A stretch of 64,000 nt of DNA from an uncultured Chloroflexia bacterium (GTDB lineage: Bacteria > Chloroflexota > Limnocylindria > Limnocylindrales > CSP1-4), in contig CAVWIK010000002.1 of the NCBI GenBank assembly GCA_963755115.1, positions 1,732,656-1,796,655 of the forward strand. Direction: 5' to 3'. The position numbers were made by a program, and so were the translations under genes. Numbering within the stretch: position 1 is the stretch's first letter; each line of letters starts with the position of its first letter. Below are positions 1 through 9,700 of this stretch, piece after piece. Below the pieces are notes generated by a model. It did not search any database, was not told the origin of the DNA, and was given only the letters and a program-made list of their open reading frames with translations.

Positions 1-285
1 CTCAAGGCGAACGGCGTCTACGTCACGCTCGGCGGCACGTCGCTCCCGATCTTCGGGGCACTGATCGTGGGACCGGTCGTCTCGCTCGCCAGCCACAAGT
101 GGACGGGCCTGCTGCTCTGGTGGAAGCCGTTCAACGTCGACGATGTCGACACGCTCAAGCGACTGGTCGCGGCAGGCCAGGTCAGGCCGGTCATCGACCG
201 CCGGTTCCCCTTGACCGACGTCGTGGAGGCGCTCCGCTACGTGGCGGACGGCCACCCACGCGGCAAGGTCGTCATCACGGTCTGA
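1..285 (+). CDS. MDR-family zinc-binding/quinone oxidoreductase, C-terminal fragment (5' end outside window)
   Basis: Frame open from nt 1 to TGA 283-285. The C-terminus VRPVIDRRFPLTDVVEALRYVADGHPRGKVVITV parallels the C-terminus of the complete MDR paralog at 23122-24093. Confidence 0.75.
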   Translation, partial: LKANGVYVTLGGTSLPIFGALIVGPVVSLASHKWTGLLLWWKPFNVDDVDTLKRLVAAGQVRPVIDRRFPLTDVVEALRYVADGHPRGKVVITV

Positions 286-323
286 GTGGGCGCGACGCCG
301 GCGGCACTAGCGACGGCGGCAGC

Positions 324-758
324 CTAGCGGTGGATCGCGTCGACGGTGATCCGGCGGGCGTCGATCCGGCAGATCACGCGGGTCTCCCGGGCCGCCTGTT
401 CGATCGGGTAGATGCCGCCGTAGTAGGCCGCGTGCCGCGTGTACCTACGGGTCAGCGTGTCCAGGTGCTCGACGGCGCCGTCGGTGACGAGCTCAGCCGC
501 GCCCCGGATCTGGATGAACCGCCCGGTGTCGTCGGGGTCGACGACGAGCAGGCTGACCCTGGGGTCGGCCGCGACGTTGCGTCCCTTCTGTCGCTCCAAC
601 GTCGTGTTCACCCGGGCGCACTCGCCGTCGAAGTCGACCCACACCAGGCTCGACTCCGGCTGCCCGTCGCGGCCGATGGTCGTGAAGACCCCGCAGATCG
701 GTCGAGCCAGGAGGTCGAGGTGGTCGGCCGGGACGGTGGGCGCCGCCGTCGCGGCCAT
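324..758 (-). CDS. PPOX-class (pyridoxamine 5'-phosphate oxidase-like) probable F420-dependent enzyme
   Basis: 144-aa ORF with a split-barrel pattern: GRDGQPESSLVWVDFDG...RVNTTLERQKGRNVAADPRVSLLVVDPDD...FIQIRG. Tandem with a paralog at 768-1241. Confidence 0.8.
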   Translation of the reverse strand: MAATAAPTVPADHLDLLARPICGVFTTIGRDGQPESSLVWVDFDGECARVNTTLERQKGRNVAADPRVSLLVVDPDDTGRFIQIRGAAELVTDGAVEHLDTLTRRYTRHAAYYGGIYPIEQAARETRVICRIDARRITVDAIHR

Positions 759-767
759 GCGGCGCCG

Positions 768-1241
768 TCACGGTCGACCCTCGCTCGCCGTAGCATCGAC
801 GGCGACGACATGGGTCGGGCGGATCCGGCACAGGACCGGGATCTCCGTCTCGGCGAAGTGGGCCGGGATCGCGTCGCCGAAGTAGCGGATCGGCCGCCCG
901 GCGTACTTCGAGGCCAGTTCGTCAAGATGCCGCCCGGCGCCCTCCTCGGTCATCTCGACGACCGTGCCGCGCACCTCGAGGTAGCGGAGCGGCTGGCGCG
1001 GGTCGAAGCACAGGAGCGTGACCAGCGGGTTGCGCCGCATGTTCCGTTCCTTCTGGAAGCCGCGCATCGTGTTCACGCGCACGAAGGCGCCGTCGAGGTC
1101 GCACCAGACGACCGATGTCTGCGGCGTGCCGTCGGGCATCACCGTCGACAGGGCGGCGACCGGCGGACACTCGACGAGGTCGCGGTGCGAGCGCGGGATC
1201 TCGTCGGGCGCGTGGCCGCTGACCAGGCCGATGGTGCGCAT
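768..1241 (-). CDS. PPOX-class probable F420-dependent enzyme (tandem paralog)
   Basis: 157-aa ORF: PDGTPQTSVVWCDLDGAFVRVNTMRGFQKERNMRRNPLVTLLCFDPRQPLRYLEVRG. Same architecture as 324-758. Confidence 0.8.
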   Translation of the reverse strand: MRTIGLVSGHAPDEIPRSHRDLVECPPVAALSTVMPDGTPQTSVVWCDLDGAFVRVNTMRGFQKERNMRRNPLVTLLCFDPRQPLRYLEVRGTVVEMTEEGAGRHLDELASKYAGRPIRYFGDAIPAHFAETEIPVLCRIRPTHVVAVDATASEGRP

Positions 1242-1366
1242 CGTTCGGTCGCCTCCCGTCAGGGCGCGATGGACATCGAATTATCCGCACCATCGCTCGT
1301 GGCCCGCCAGTGCCAGAGCGCCCGATCCTTGCCCGGCCCATCCGTCCCGATGCGAGAATCCCGGCC

Positions 1367-2590
1367 ATGGAGCGCAACGCGGAGGCCCTGACCCTGAGCG
1401 CGGCGGAACTGGCCGACCTGGTCGGCGACCCCGTCGAACGGATCGACCAGCTCGCGTCCCGTGGGGTGCTCAAGCCGGATCAGGAGGGGCGGTACGACCC
1501 TGGCGAGGCGCACCGGATCCGCGTGATCGATGGTTTCGAGGCAGCCGGCGTCCCGCTCGACGTCCTCGTGCAAGCGCAGGAGGCCGGGCTCATCAGCGTC
1601 GAGTACTACGACGACCTCCACGCGTCGGCAGGGCGCCCGTCCCCGCGGACCTACGAGGCGTTCCGGACAGCGCTGGGGCCGCGAGCGGCCCTCCTCTCCT
1701 CGATGTTCAGGGCCTTCGGCATCGCCGAACCCGACCGGACGTCCCATCTTTCGCAGGAGGACGAGGCCGTCATCGAGGACTGGGCGACCCTGATCGACAC
1801 GACCGGTCAGACGGATCTCGCGCTGCGGGTCCTCCGCCAGTTCGGCGAGTCGACGCGGCGGGCGGCCGTGGCGGCCCTGGACACCTACGCCGAGGTCATC
1901 GAGCGGATGGGGCCGGGCTTCGCCGGCGTGCCGTCCCAGGAGGTCTATGACCACGTGTTCCTGCCATGGGCGAAGGCGGCTCGGACGCTGCCGGCGCTGG
2001 CCGAGTGGCTGTCGCGCCACCACATGAGCCGCGCGATCGACGACTACAGCATCAGCGCCACCGAGCAGATGCTGGCGGCCTCCGGGTACGTCGCGCAGCG
2101 GGCGACCACGGAGCCCGCCATCGCCTTCCTCGACCTCACGGGCTTCACGAAGCTGGCGATGACGAGCGGCGACGCGATCGCCGCCGATGTCGCCCTTCGG
2201 CTCGCGGAGCTCGCCTCAGAGGCCGCCACGGCGGCCGGCGGCCGGGTCGTCAAGCTGCTGGGCGACGGCGTGCTCATGTCCTTCCCGGCGGTCGTCGGGG
2301 CCGTGGAAGGCTCGCTCGTGCTGCTGGAGCGACTCGGCACGTCCGACCTGCCGCCGGGTCACGTCGGCGTCGCCCAGGGGCCGATCGTGGCACGCGACGG
2401 CGACATCTTCGGGCGGACCGTCAATCTCGCGGCGCGAATCTCCGACGTCGCACCGAGCGGCGAGCTGTACGTCCCGGCATCGATCGGCGATGAGCTCACG
2501 GACCGGTTCGCCGTCGAGCCCGTCGGCGCCAGGACGCTGCAGGGCGTCGGCGCCGTCGAACTCGCACGGATCTCGCGGGCGCGGGGCTGA
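1367..2590 (+). CDS. class III adenylate/guanylate cyclase with N-terminal helical regulatory domain (Rv1264-like layout)
   Basis: The C-terminal cyclase core is AFLDLTGFTKL...KLLGDGVLMSF...GRTVNLAARI. About 230 aa of helical N-terminal region precede it. I prefer ATG 1367 (MERNAEAL) to the upstream alternative start at 1310. Confidence 0.8.
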   Translation: MERNAEALTLSAAELADLVGDPVERIDQLASRGVLKPDQEGRYDPGEAHRIRVIDGFEAAGVPLDVLVQAQEAGLISVEYYDDLHASAGRPSPRTYEAFRTALGPRAALLSSMFRAFGIAEPDRTSHLSQEDEAVIEDWATLIDTTGQTDLALRVLRQFGESTRRAAVAALDTYAEVIERMGPGFAGVPSQEVYDHVFLPWAKAARTLPALAEWLSRHHMSRAIDDYSISATEQMLAASGYVAQRATTEPAIAFLDLTGFTKLAMTSGDAIAADVALRLAELASEAATAAGGRVVKLLGDGVLMSFPAVVGAVEGSLVLLERLGTSDLPPGHVGVAQGPIVARDGDIFGRTVNLAARISDVAPSGELYVPASIGDELTDRFAVEPVGARTLQGVGAVELARISRARG

Positions 2591-2591
2591 C

Positions 2592-3362
2592 CTACCCGCC
2601 GGTCAGGCGCATCAGCCCGAAGATGGCACCCTGCGGGTCGACCGCCATCGACATCCGTCCGCCTGGGAAGTCCAGCGGTGCGAGAATCTGCTGGCCGCCG
2701 GCCTCGACGGCCTTCGTGGTGGCAGCGTCGACGTCATCGACGCCGAAGTAGACGAGCCAGTAGTTCGGCATCGAGGCCGGTGCCAGCGAGCTCATCTCGG
2801 TCGCGCCGGCGATGCTCCGGCCGTCGACGTGGAACTCGGTGTACGGCATCTCGGGGCTGTCGCTCGTGTGCGGATCCCAGCCGAAGACATCGCGGTAGAA
2901 GGCGAGGGACTCGCCCACGTTCCGGGCGTTGAGCTCAGCCCATGCGAAGGCATTCGTGCCCTGGGTCTCGAACCCGCCCATGTTGGTCGGCTGCCAGGCC
3001 GAGATGGCCGCGCCGCCCGTGTCGGCGAAGACGGCCATGCGGCCCTGGTCACCGACGTCGAAGGCAGGCATGAGCACGGCGCCACCGGCCGACTGGACCT
3101 TCTGCGAGAGCGCATCGATGTCGTCGGTCCCGACATAGACCGCCCAGAAGGTCGGCTGGTCGGGCGACATGGTCGGGCCGATGCCGGCCACGTCCTTGCC
3201 ATCGAGCAGGGCCCGCGCGTAGCCGCCGTACTGCGGATCCGGGCTGACGTGGACGTCCCACCCGAACAGCTTCGAATAGAACTCGCGGGCGACGCCGGCG
3301 TCCTTCGCCCCGAGATCGATCCATGCGGGCTTGTTCGCGATCGCGGTCGCTGCGTTCGTCAT
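2592..3362 (-). CDS. two-domain VOC (glyoxalase/bleomycin-resistance fold) family protein
   Basis: Two repeats of the VOC pattern: AREFYSKLFGWD...GRMAVFADTGGA and SLAFYRDVFGWD...GRMSMAVDPQGA. Start is ATG at 3362 (MTNAATAI). Confidence 0.8.
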   Translation of the reverse strand: MTNAATAIANKPAWIDLGAKDAGVAREFYSKLFGWDVHVSPDPQYGGYARALLDGKDVAGIGPTMSPDQPTFWAVYVGTDDIDALSQKVQSAGGAVLMPAFDVGDQGRMAVFADTGGAAISAWQPTNMGGFETQGTNAFAWAELNARNVGESLAFYRDVFGWDPHTSDSPEMPYTEFHVDGRSIAGATEMSSLAPASMPNYWLVYFGVDDVDAATTKAVEAGGQQILAPLDFPGGRMSMAVDPQGAIFGLMRLTGG

Positions 3363-3513
3363 CGCTGCACCTCCACGTGCTGACGTCGCGCCGTCCCTCG
3401 ATGGGGCAGGGGAGGGCATTGTGCGCCTGCGCGACGACGCGTGGCCTTTCCGCCACGTTAGCGGAACGGTCGGGCACATCGCCGCGCCGACGTTCCGTCA
3501 CCATGGCGCTGCC

Positions 3514-4134
3514 ATGACCGATGACCGCGCCCGCCGACCGTCCGAGAGCAGCCGGGTCGAGGCGTTCAGCGACGGCGTGTTCTCGATCGCGATCACCCTC
3601 CTCGTGCTCGAGCTCGCGATCCCGACCGTGCAGGGCGGGTTCCAGGCGCAGCTCGCCGACGAGTGGGTGAGCTACATCGCGTATCTCGCCGCGTTCGGGA
3701 CGATCGGCGTCCTGTGGATGGGGCATCACACCGTCTTCTCGCGGATCCGCGCCATCGATCCCGGCCTGATGTGGCGGAACCTCGTCTTGCTGCTGACGGT
3801 CTCGGTCGTGCCGTTCCCGACCGCCGTCATCGCCAGCGCGTTTCGCGTCGGGAACGACCAGGACCAGGCGGTCGCCGTGGTCTCGTACGCCGTCGTCGGC
3901 ATGGCGTCGGGCGTCGCCTGGCTGCTCCTGTTCAGCTACCTGCGTGGCCACCCGAGACTCGTCGATCCGGCCACCGACATGCACTTCTTCCGGCTCACGG
4001 AGCCCCTCGTGACGCTCATCGGCTACGGGATCTCGGCGCTGATCGGCTGGTTCGTGAGCCCCGCTCTCGCGCTCCTGATCTTCCTCGTGTTCCCGGTCCT
4101 GTACGTGCTCCGGGTGCGAAGCGCGAATTGGTGA
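3514..4134 (+). CDS. TMEM175/DUF1211-family membrane protein (putative K+ channel)
   Basis: Signature RVEAFSDGVFSIAITLLVLEL followed by several hydrophobic helices. Start is ATG 3514. The stop overlaps the next gene's start as GTGA. Confidence 0.8.
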   Translation: MTDDRARRPSESSRVEAFSDGVFSIAITLLVLELAIPTVQGGFQAQLADEWVSYIAYLAAFGTIGVLWMGHHTVFSRIRAIDPGLMWRNLVLLLTVSVVPFPTAVIASAFRVGNDQDQAVAVVSYAVVGMASGVAWLLLFSYLRGHPRLVDPATDMHFFRLTEPLVTLIGYGISALIGWFVSPALALLIFLVFPVLYVLRVRSANW

Positions 4135-4931
4135 CGCCGTGGCTCGACGACACCGCACGTCGTCAGGTCGACGCGGTGGTTCGTCTCGTTCGCGACGTGC
4201 TTGGCGACGGCGCGGCGGCCGCGTACCTCTTCGGATCGGCGGTGCGCGGCGGGCTCCGTGCCGATAGCGACCTCGACATCCTGGTCCTGGCCACGCGCAC
4301 CACGACCGAGGACGAACGGCGCGCGCTGATCGAGGGCCTCCTGTCGATCTCGCGGACGCCCGACGACGCGCGCGGAAGACGCCATCTGGAGGTCACCATC
4401 GTCGTCCGCCCTGACGTCCAGCCCTGGCGCTACCCGCCGCCGCTCGAGTTCCAGTACGGCGACTGGTGGCGGCGCGAGTTCGAGGCCGGCGACCTTGCGC
4501 CATGGACCTCGCCGAACCCCGACCTCGCGGTGCTCCTCACCGCCGCGCGGGCCGAGAGCATCCCATTGTTCGGCCGGGCGGCCGCCGACCTGCTCGATGC
4601 GGTCCCTGGCGACGACCTTGCCCGGGCGCTTCGCGACGTCATCCCCGACCTCCTCAAGGACCTCGACGACGACACGCGGAACGTGCTTCTCACCCTCGCG
4701 CGCGTGTGGTTGACGCTCGAGACGGGGTCGATCGAGCCCAAGGACGTGGCGGCAGACTGGGCGCTGGCTAGCCTGCCCGCGGGCCGAGGCGACGCACTTC
4801 GGTCGGCTCGCGCCGCCTACCTCGGCGCAGCCGCCGATGCCTGGGATGACGCGGCCGCGATGGCGTCGGCCCGCGCGGACGCGGCGGCGATGGTCGAGAT
4901 CATCGAGCAAGGCCCTCGACGTACCGGCTGA
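4131..4931 (+). CDS. aadA: aminoglycoside nucleotidyltransferase, ANT(3'')/ANT(9) (AadA) family
   Basis: Full-length colinearity with AadA. Shared motifs are LFGSAVRGGLRADSDLDILV, VTIVV...PWRYP, NVLLTLARVW and IEPKDVAADWALASLPA. GTG start 4131 overlaps the upstream stop. Confidence 0.8.
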   Translation: MTPWLDDTARRQVDAVVRLVRDVLGDGAAAAYLFGSAVRGGLRADSDLDILVLATRTTTEDERRALIEGLLSISRTPDDARGRRHLEVTIVVRPDVQPWRYPPPLEFQYGDWWRREFEAGDLAPWTSPNPDLAVLLTAARAESIPLFGRAAADLLDAVPGDDLARALRDVIPDLLKDLDDDTRNVLLTLARVWLTLETGSIEPKDVAADWALASLPAGRGDALRSARAAYLGAAADAWDDAAAMASARADAAAMVEIIEQGPRRTG

Positions 4932-5775
4932 CAGTCGACCGCTCGAACGGCAGGAGGGCCGTCATCCTCGTGGTGTCGACCACGTCGCCACGGGCGAAGT
5001 CGAGCGAGAGCGCGGTGACGCTCTGGGTGTGCGGGTCGTCCGTGCCGGCCAGCTGCGCCTCGAGGGCGGCTTCGGGGACGTACTGGACCTCGAACCTCGC
5101 GCCCAGGACCGTCTCGAAGATGTGCAGCGCGTCGTTCGGGCTGAGCGCCTCCGGACCGCCGATCTCGATGACCTCGTTCCGCGCAGCCGGACTGGTCGCT
5201 GCAAGGGCCGCGGCCTGAGCGACGTCCGCGATGGTGATCCAGGTGATCCTGTTGTCGCCCGCACCGAAGATCGTGGCCCGCCGGTTCGGATAGTCGAAGC
5301 CGATCAGCGGGCTGAGCCAGTACTCCATGAAGAAGCTCGATCGAACGACGGTGTATCCCATGCCGCTCGCCTGCACACTGGCCTCGATCGTGCGCTTCGC
5401 CCGGTTCAGCGGGGAGTCGGTCGTCATGTTCCCCGACAGGGTGACGAAGACGAACCGATCGACCCCGGCGCCCGACGCGGCGGCGACCAGGTTGCGCTGG
5501 CCCTCCAGGTCGACGGTCGCGATGTAGCTCCCGACCCGGCTCGAGATCGAGCTGGCGCTCGAGATGACGGCATCGACGCCGGCGCACGCCGCGTCAAGGC
5601 TGGCGCGGTCCTGCAGGTCGCCGAAGACGAGTTCCGTGCCGAGGCCGCGGAGTCGATCGAGGCTTTCCGGGCTCGAGGTCTGCCGTGCGAGTGCCCGGAC
5701 GGGTTGGTCGCCCTTGGCGAGGCGTTGGCAGACCGCCATGCCGAGATGACCGGTTGCACCGACGACGAGGATCAT
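4900..5775 (-). CDS. NmrA-family / atypical SDR NAD(P)-binding protein
   Basis: Starts MILVVGATGHLG (Rossmann motif) with a GGAGGG Shine-Dalgarno upstream. Its ATG overlaps the stop of the LLM gene above it as ATGA. Confidence 0.8.
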   Translation of the reverse strand: MILVVGATGHLGMAVCQRLAKGDQPVRALARQTSSPESLDRLRGLGTELVFGDLQDRASLDAACAGVDAVISSASSISSRVGSYIATVDLEGQRNLVAAASGAGVDRFVFVTLSGNMTTDSPLNRAKRTIEASVQASGMGYTVVRSSFFMEYWLSPLIGFDYPNRRATIFGAGDNRITWITIADVAQAAALAATSPAARNEVIEIGGPEALSPNDALHIFETVLGARFEVQYVPEAALEAQLAGTDDPHTQSVTALSLDFARGDVVDTTRMTALLPFERSTVSRYVEGLAR

Positions 5776-6716
5776 GGATCCCTCCTGATCGAGCTCACCT
5801 GCGGGATGACGTCGGCCGCCACGCGCTCGACCTGCTCCAGCTCGTCGCCGACGGGCCAGAGCAGCAGGCGGTCCACGCCGGCCGACTGGTAGCGCCCAAG
5901 CAGGTCGACACATCGCGCCGGCGAGCCGATGGGCAGCCGCAGCACGACCTCCTCCTCTGAGCGGCGCAACATCTGGCTCAGTCGCGCCACGACGGCTCGC
6001 TCCTTCGCCACGTCGTCGGTGACATACGACCAGACCGTGGCCAGCGTCGAAGGGAACCTCGTCGGATCCCGTCCCTCCGCGTCGAGCAGCTCGTCGAGCG
6101 CGGCTCGGGTGGTCGTGTAGTCGTCGGGGGTGGTGTTGTAGCCGGAGGCGAGCCAGCCGTCACCCAGTCGTGCCACGCGGCGCATGCCCGCCGCCGACCC
6201 CCAGCTGCCGATCCAGATCGGCGGACCCTTGGGTCGGGCCGGACGCGGGGCGAGGGTGATCCCGGTGGTGTCGTAGCAGCGTCCGACGAACGGCGGGCCA
6301 CCTTCGTCCCAGACCGCCCGCATCGCGGCGACCGCCTCGTCGAAGCGGGCCCAGCGCTCAGCGAACGGGATCCCGACCAGGTCGTAGTCGGCCTGCGACG
6401 AGCCCGGACCAAGGCCAGCGTCAAGTCGGCCGCCCGAGAGCAGGTCCAGCGCGGCGAGGGATTTCGCGAGCGCGAACGGGCCACGCACCACCGGCAGCGA
6501 CACGCTGGTCATGAGCCGGACCGTCGGAGCCGAGGAGAGCACGGCGGCCAGGGCTGTCGGTCCGTCGAGCCACGGCCGCCCGTACACGATGTGGTCGTTC
6601 GCCGTGATCGTGCCGAGCCCGAGGCGTTCCGCCGCGGTGGCGAACGCGATCAGCCGGCCGAGCGATGCGCGCTCGCCATCCCACTCGATCTGCGGGAGGT
6701 GCACGCCGAACTCCAT
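5772..6716 (-). CDS. luciferase-like monooxygenase (LLM) class flavin/F420-dependent oxidoreductase
   Basis: 314 aa from MEFGVHLPQ. LLM pattern includes ITANDHIVY and LDLLSGGRLDAGLGPG. The longer 551-aa ORF is an upstream extension antisense to the neighbouring gene. Confidence 0.8.
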   Translation of the reverse strand: MEFGVHLPQIEWDGERASLGRLIAFATAAERLGLGTITANDHIVYGRPWLDGPTALAAVLSSAPTVRLMTSVSLPVVRGPFALAKSLAALDLLSGGRLDAGLGPGSSQADYDLVGIPFAERWARFDEAVAAMRAVWDEGGPPFVGRCYDTTGITLAPRPARPKGPPIWIGSWGSAAGMRRVARLGDGWLASGYNTTPDDYTTTRAALDELLDAEGRDPTRFPSTLATVWSYVTDDVAKERAVVARLSQMLRRSEEEVVLRLPIGSPARCVDLLGRYQSAGVDRLLLWPVGDELEQVERVAADVIPQVSSIRRDP

Positions 6717-6779
6717 GGTCGCAACGATACCCGCGGCTCGGGGGCGTATGGTGGGCGGCCTACGACAGGGGGGTGCCAG

Positions 6780-9700
6780 ATGACCGTTCTCTCGGGTCCC
6801 AATCGTTGGTGGCAGAACTGGTCGAAGACCCACGCGTACGTCGCGCAGAAGGCGTTCTTTCCGATCTCTGTCGACGAGATCGCCGAGGCGATCCTGGCCG
6901 CTGAAGCCGACCATCGGCCTGTCCGAGCCGTTGGTGGTGGATGGTCCTTCTCGGACGCCTCCCTGCCGGGCGCGGTGACGACGAACCGCCCGAACGTCTA
7001 CGCCGTCGAGGCCATGGCCGGGGCAGCACCACTCGCCGCCTCCTTCCCGACGGACGTGACCATGCCGTCGATCGCGAGCGTCATGAGCGCTCCACTGCTG
7101 GACCTCCCCGGATCCCTGGTGATGTACAACGAAACCCTGACGCCGCCCGCCGTCGATCCGCGCTGGGTCTACCTCGGGAATGGCACCGGCACGTGGCTCG
7201 TGAACGGGCAGGTGGTCGGTGGGGTCGGGCGGCCCGACTTCCTGGATTGGCTCGGCGCCGGCGGCGTGCGGCCCATCCGCCCACCGACGGGCGGCAAGCC
7301 CGTCGAGGAGACCGATCTTCCGGGCACGCTCGTCATGCACGACCTGGCCCACAACCCCATGAAGCCGAGCCGGGACTGGTTCTACAACGGTCACGGTCGG
7401 TGGTCGATCGGCGTCAACGGGGACCACACCCCTCCGGCGGAAGGCACGTTCCCGATCCTGTCCGGCGACGGCTGGCTCAGGCAGCCCGATGTCGTCTGGT
7501 CACCACGCGCATCGAACCCTAGCGACAGCCTGATGCTGGTGCTGGCGAGGGCACCGAACGGGATGGCGTCACCGGAGTCCGCCTACGTCATCGATACCCA
7601 CGCCCTCGCATCGAGCCTCCAGGTTCAGCTGCCCGACCTGCTGACCCCTTCCGCGACCGTGGCCATGAACGCCAGGAGTGGGCACAGTCCGCGGTACTTC
7701 TTCCACGTCGAGGCCGGGATCACGATCTCCGAACTCGGCGAGCTGCTCGCCCGTCAGTCGCCCCATCTGTCCCTCCAGGCGATCAGCGGGTCGCCGGGAG
7801 CGACGCTCGCGGGCGCCATCTCGACCGCGACCCACGGCGCCGAGTTCAATTGGCCGCTCCTCATCGACCGGGTCATGGCCGTCCACCTCGTCGGTCCCGG
7901 CGGGCTCCAGTGGTGGATCGAAGGCACCGAGCAGATCGCCGATCCCGACAAGCTCCTCGCCGCCTACCCGGGCCTCGCCCGCGAGCGGATCATCAGCGGC
8001 GCGACGCCGCGCTACGGGATCCCACCGAAGGACTGGCTGAAGGCCGTCGTCGTATCGATGGGCAGCATCGGAGTGCTGTACTCGGTCGTCCTCGAGGTCG
8101 TGCCCCAGTTCGGCGTCCACGAGGTCGTGGTCCAGCGCACCTGGAAGACCCTGGGCTTCCTGGGCAACCAGTTCCCGGCCTCGAACTTGCCGGCGCTGCT
8201 CCGCGATCCCATGACCGCGTCGACCGTGAGCAGCCGGATCGTGAAGCTGATGCAGAGCGGGAACCTCAACGGGACCGGCATCGTGCAGAGCGATGGACAA
8301 CGTGAGATCAACCAGTACGCGGACCTCGCCATCAATCCCAACATGCGCAAGGACGGCGACTTCGACACCTGGGTCGGCAATCGCGAGCTCACGGCGGCCC
8401 TCCCGATCGACCCGCAGCCACCGGCGTCGAATGAGATGGCCGAGATGATCAAGGGCATCCAGGGCGCGCTGAGTGCTCCTGACCTCGACCCGACCTGGTC
8501 GGGCATCTACGGGTTCGGGTCGCCCAACGATGTGCCGTGGAACCTGCTCGGCAGCGCGTTGACACACTCGGGCGTATTCGCGGGCGGGTCGACGGGCCTG
8601 GGCGCGAAGGTCGATCGCCTGACCAACGCCGCGGACATGATCGATGTCGGGCTCGACACGTTCCTCACCCCGATGGGGGCGCAGGCCCCGGGCTTCGACC
8701 TCGCCCAGCACGTCCTGTCCGGCCTGCTCGCAGGGCTCCTGGGGACCGCGAACAAGGCCAAGATCTCCGACAAGCGCGGCGTCAGCGTCGGTGCCCTCGG
8801 GTTCCCGGGGAGTGGCGTGATGGGGGCCGCCCTCGAGATCGCCCTGGCGCCGGCGGACGCGTTCGGCTTCATCCAGACGCAGATCCTCGACAAGGTCGAC
8901 CCGATGAAGCCGTTCCTCGGCTACATCTCGGTCCGGCTGTGCAGCCCGACCGAGACCCTGCTGGGGATGCAGCAATTCAGCGATGCCGCCCACAACTGCT
9001 CGGTCATGATCGAGGTCGTCGGCTTCGGCAACGACGACGGGCGAAAGTTCGTCGGCGACCTCCAGATGCGGACGGTCGACCTCATCCGCCTGTCGGGTCT
9101 CGAGGCGATGCTCCACTGGGGCCTCGAGAACGAGCAGTTTGACCGGTTCCACCTGCATGGCCTGATGGCGCTCCAGCGACCGGCCGGCTCGGGGATGAAC
9201 AAGCTCGACACGTTCAAGGCCGTACGGGCGCTGATCCGAGCCGAGTCGCCGACACCCAGCACTGTGTTCAACAACAACTTCACGACCCGGCTCGGCCTCG
9301 ACGCCGAGGTCGCCGACCAGCCGTTCGACTTCGGCCACTTCTCGCTCCACGGGACGCCAAGGACCGTGCATTTCCACTTCCCGAATGACGGCCCCGGTCC
9401 GGCGCGCATGGTCCCGCCGATGGCCGAGGGCGACTTCGGACCGGGCAACCTGACGATCGTGCCAGGTGTGACGCTCGCGAATCCGGGGCAGGAGGTCACC
9501 GTCGACGTCACGTTCACCCCCAACGAACCGGGTCCGCATCGAGGCACGCTCACGATCCTGACCAGCGTGCCGGGCGTCCCGAATGGCGTGAAGGTCAACC
9601 GGCTCTTCCTCAAGGCGGTCGTCGAGGTCTTCGAGATGGTCGTCCAGGACCCGCTCCCGCCCGCGGTCCTCGACCTCGGCGACGTGCCGGTCGGTGAGCA

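Noticed and set aside
3049-4158. 369-aa minus-strand ORF
   Set aside because: It is antisense to the VOC and TMEM175 genes and has a low-complexity Arg/Asp/Glu/His-rich translation.
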